Below, piece by piece: positions 63,934 to 64,000 of a DNA stretch of 64,000 bases. Source of the DNA: Selaginella moellendorffii (taxonomy: Eukaryota > Plantae > Lycopodiophyta); assembly GCF_000143415.4 (NCBI RefSeq), contig NW_003314299.1, forward strand, positions 808,930 through 872,929, in the 5' to 3' direction. A program made the position numbers and the translations under genes. Position 1 is the first letter of the stretch, and each line of letters begins with the position of its first letter. The notes below the pieces were generated by a model that was not told the DNA's origin, did no database searches, and saw nothing but the letters and a program-made list of their open reading frames with translations.

Positions 63934-64000
63934 ATGGATGTTGTGAGGAGAACTAGAAGCTCTTCGTCGCCATCTTTCACCAGCATCACCAATTCCAGCA
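63934..64000 (+). CDS. RSL1: 5' start of duplicate RSL bHLH gene (truncated by window edge)
   Basis: MDVVRRTRSSSSPS... as at 18359. Confidence 0.7.
   Translation, partial: MDVVRRTRSSSSPSFTSITNSS

Larger units (their letters stand above)
59407..64000 (+). repeat. Apparently identical copy of 13832-18425 (offset 45,575)
   Basis: All ORFs recur at a constant offset with identical translations; begins exactly at the gap edge. Confidence 0.95.

Overview
Eukaryotic plant genomic DNA. The tiny (~50 bp) introns, high gene density, short-motif PPR genes and class I RSL gene suggest a lycophyte such as Selaginella moellendorffii (inference). 1-35.6 kb is gene-dense: a Crinkler-like NTPase-nuclease gene, alkaline/neutral invertase, Ole e 1 protein, AP-3 mu, HECT ligase UPL6, COX6b, TOP1, RSL bHLH, two PPR genes, class III peroxidase, an MC-initiating ERF, WDR74, PHF5A, wound-induced basic peptide, a BLT-like protein and COX5b. 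35.6-46.7 kb is an AT-rich nest of decayed copia/gypsy elements and solo LTRs. The most interesting part is 46.7-59.3 kb. A 5,584-bp DNA element (46726-52309; imperfect TIRs, 8-bp TSD AACGAGGT, an array of GGTTC-Nx-GAACC palindromes) sits inside a gypsy LTR. Its only recognisable gene is spliced and encodes a ParB/Srx-like domain fused to a prokaryote-type beta-class DNA amino-(N6A/N4C)-methyltransferase. A diverged sibling element in the opposite orientation starts ~750 bp away and carries a second ParB-MTase plus two small Cys/His zinc-finger-like genes. After a 100-N gap, 59407-64000 repeats 13832-18425 with no difference I could see, probably assembly redundancy. Exon boundaries were read by eye and are approximate.
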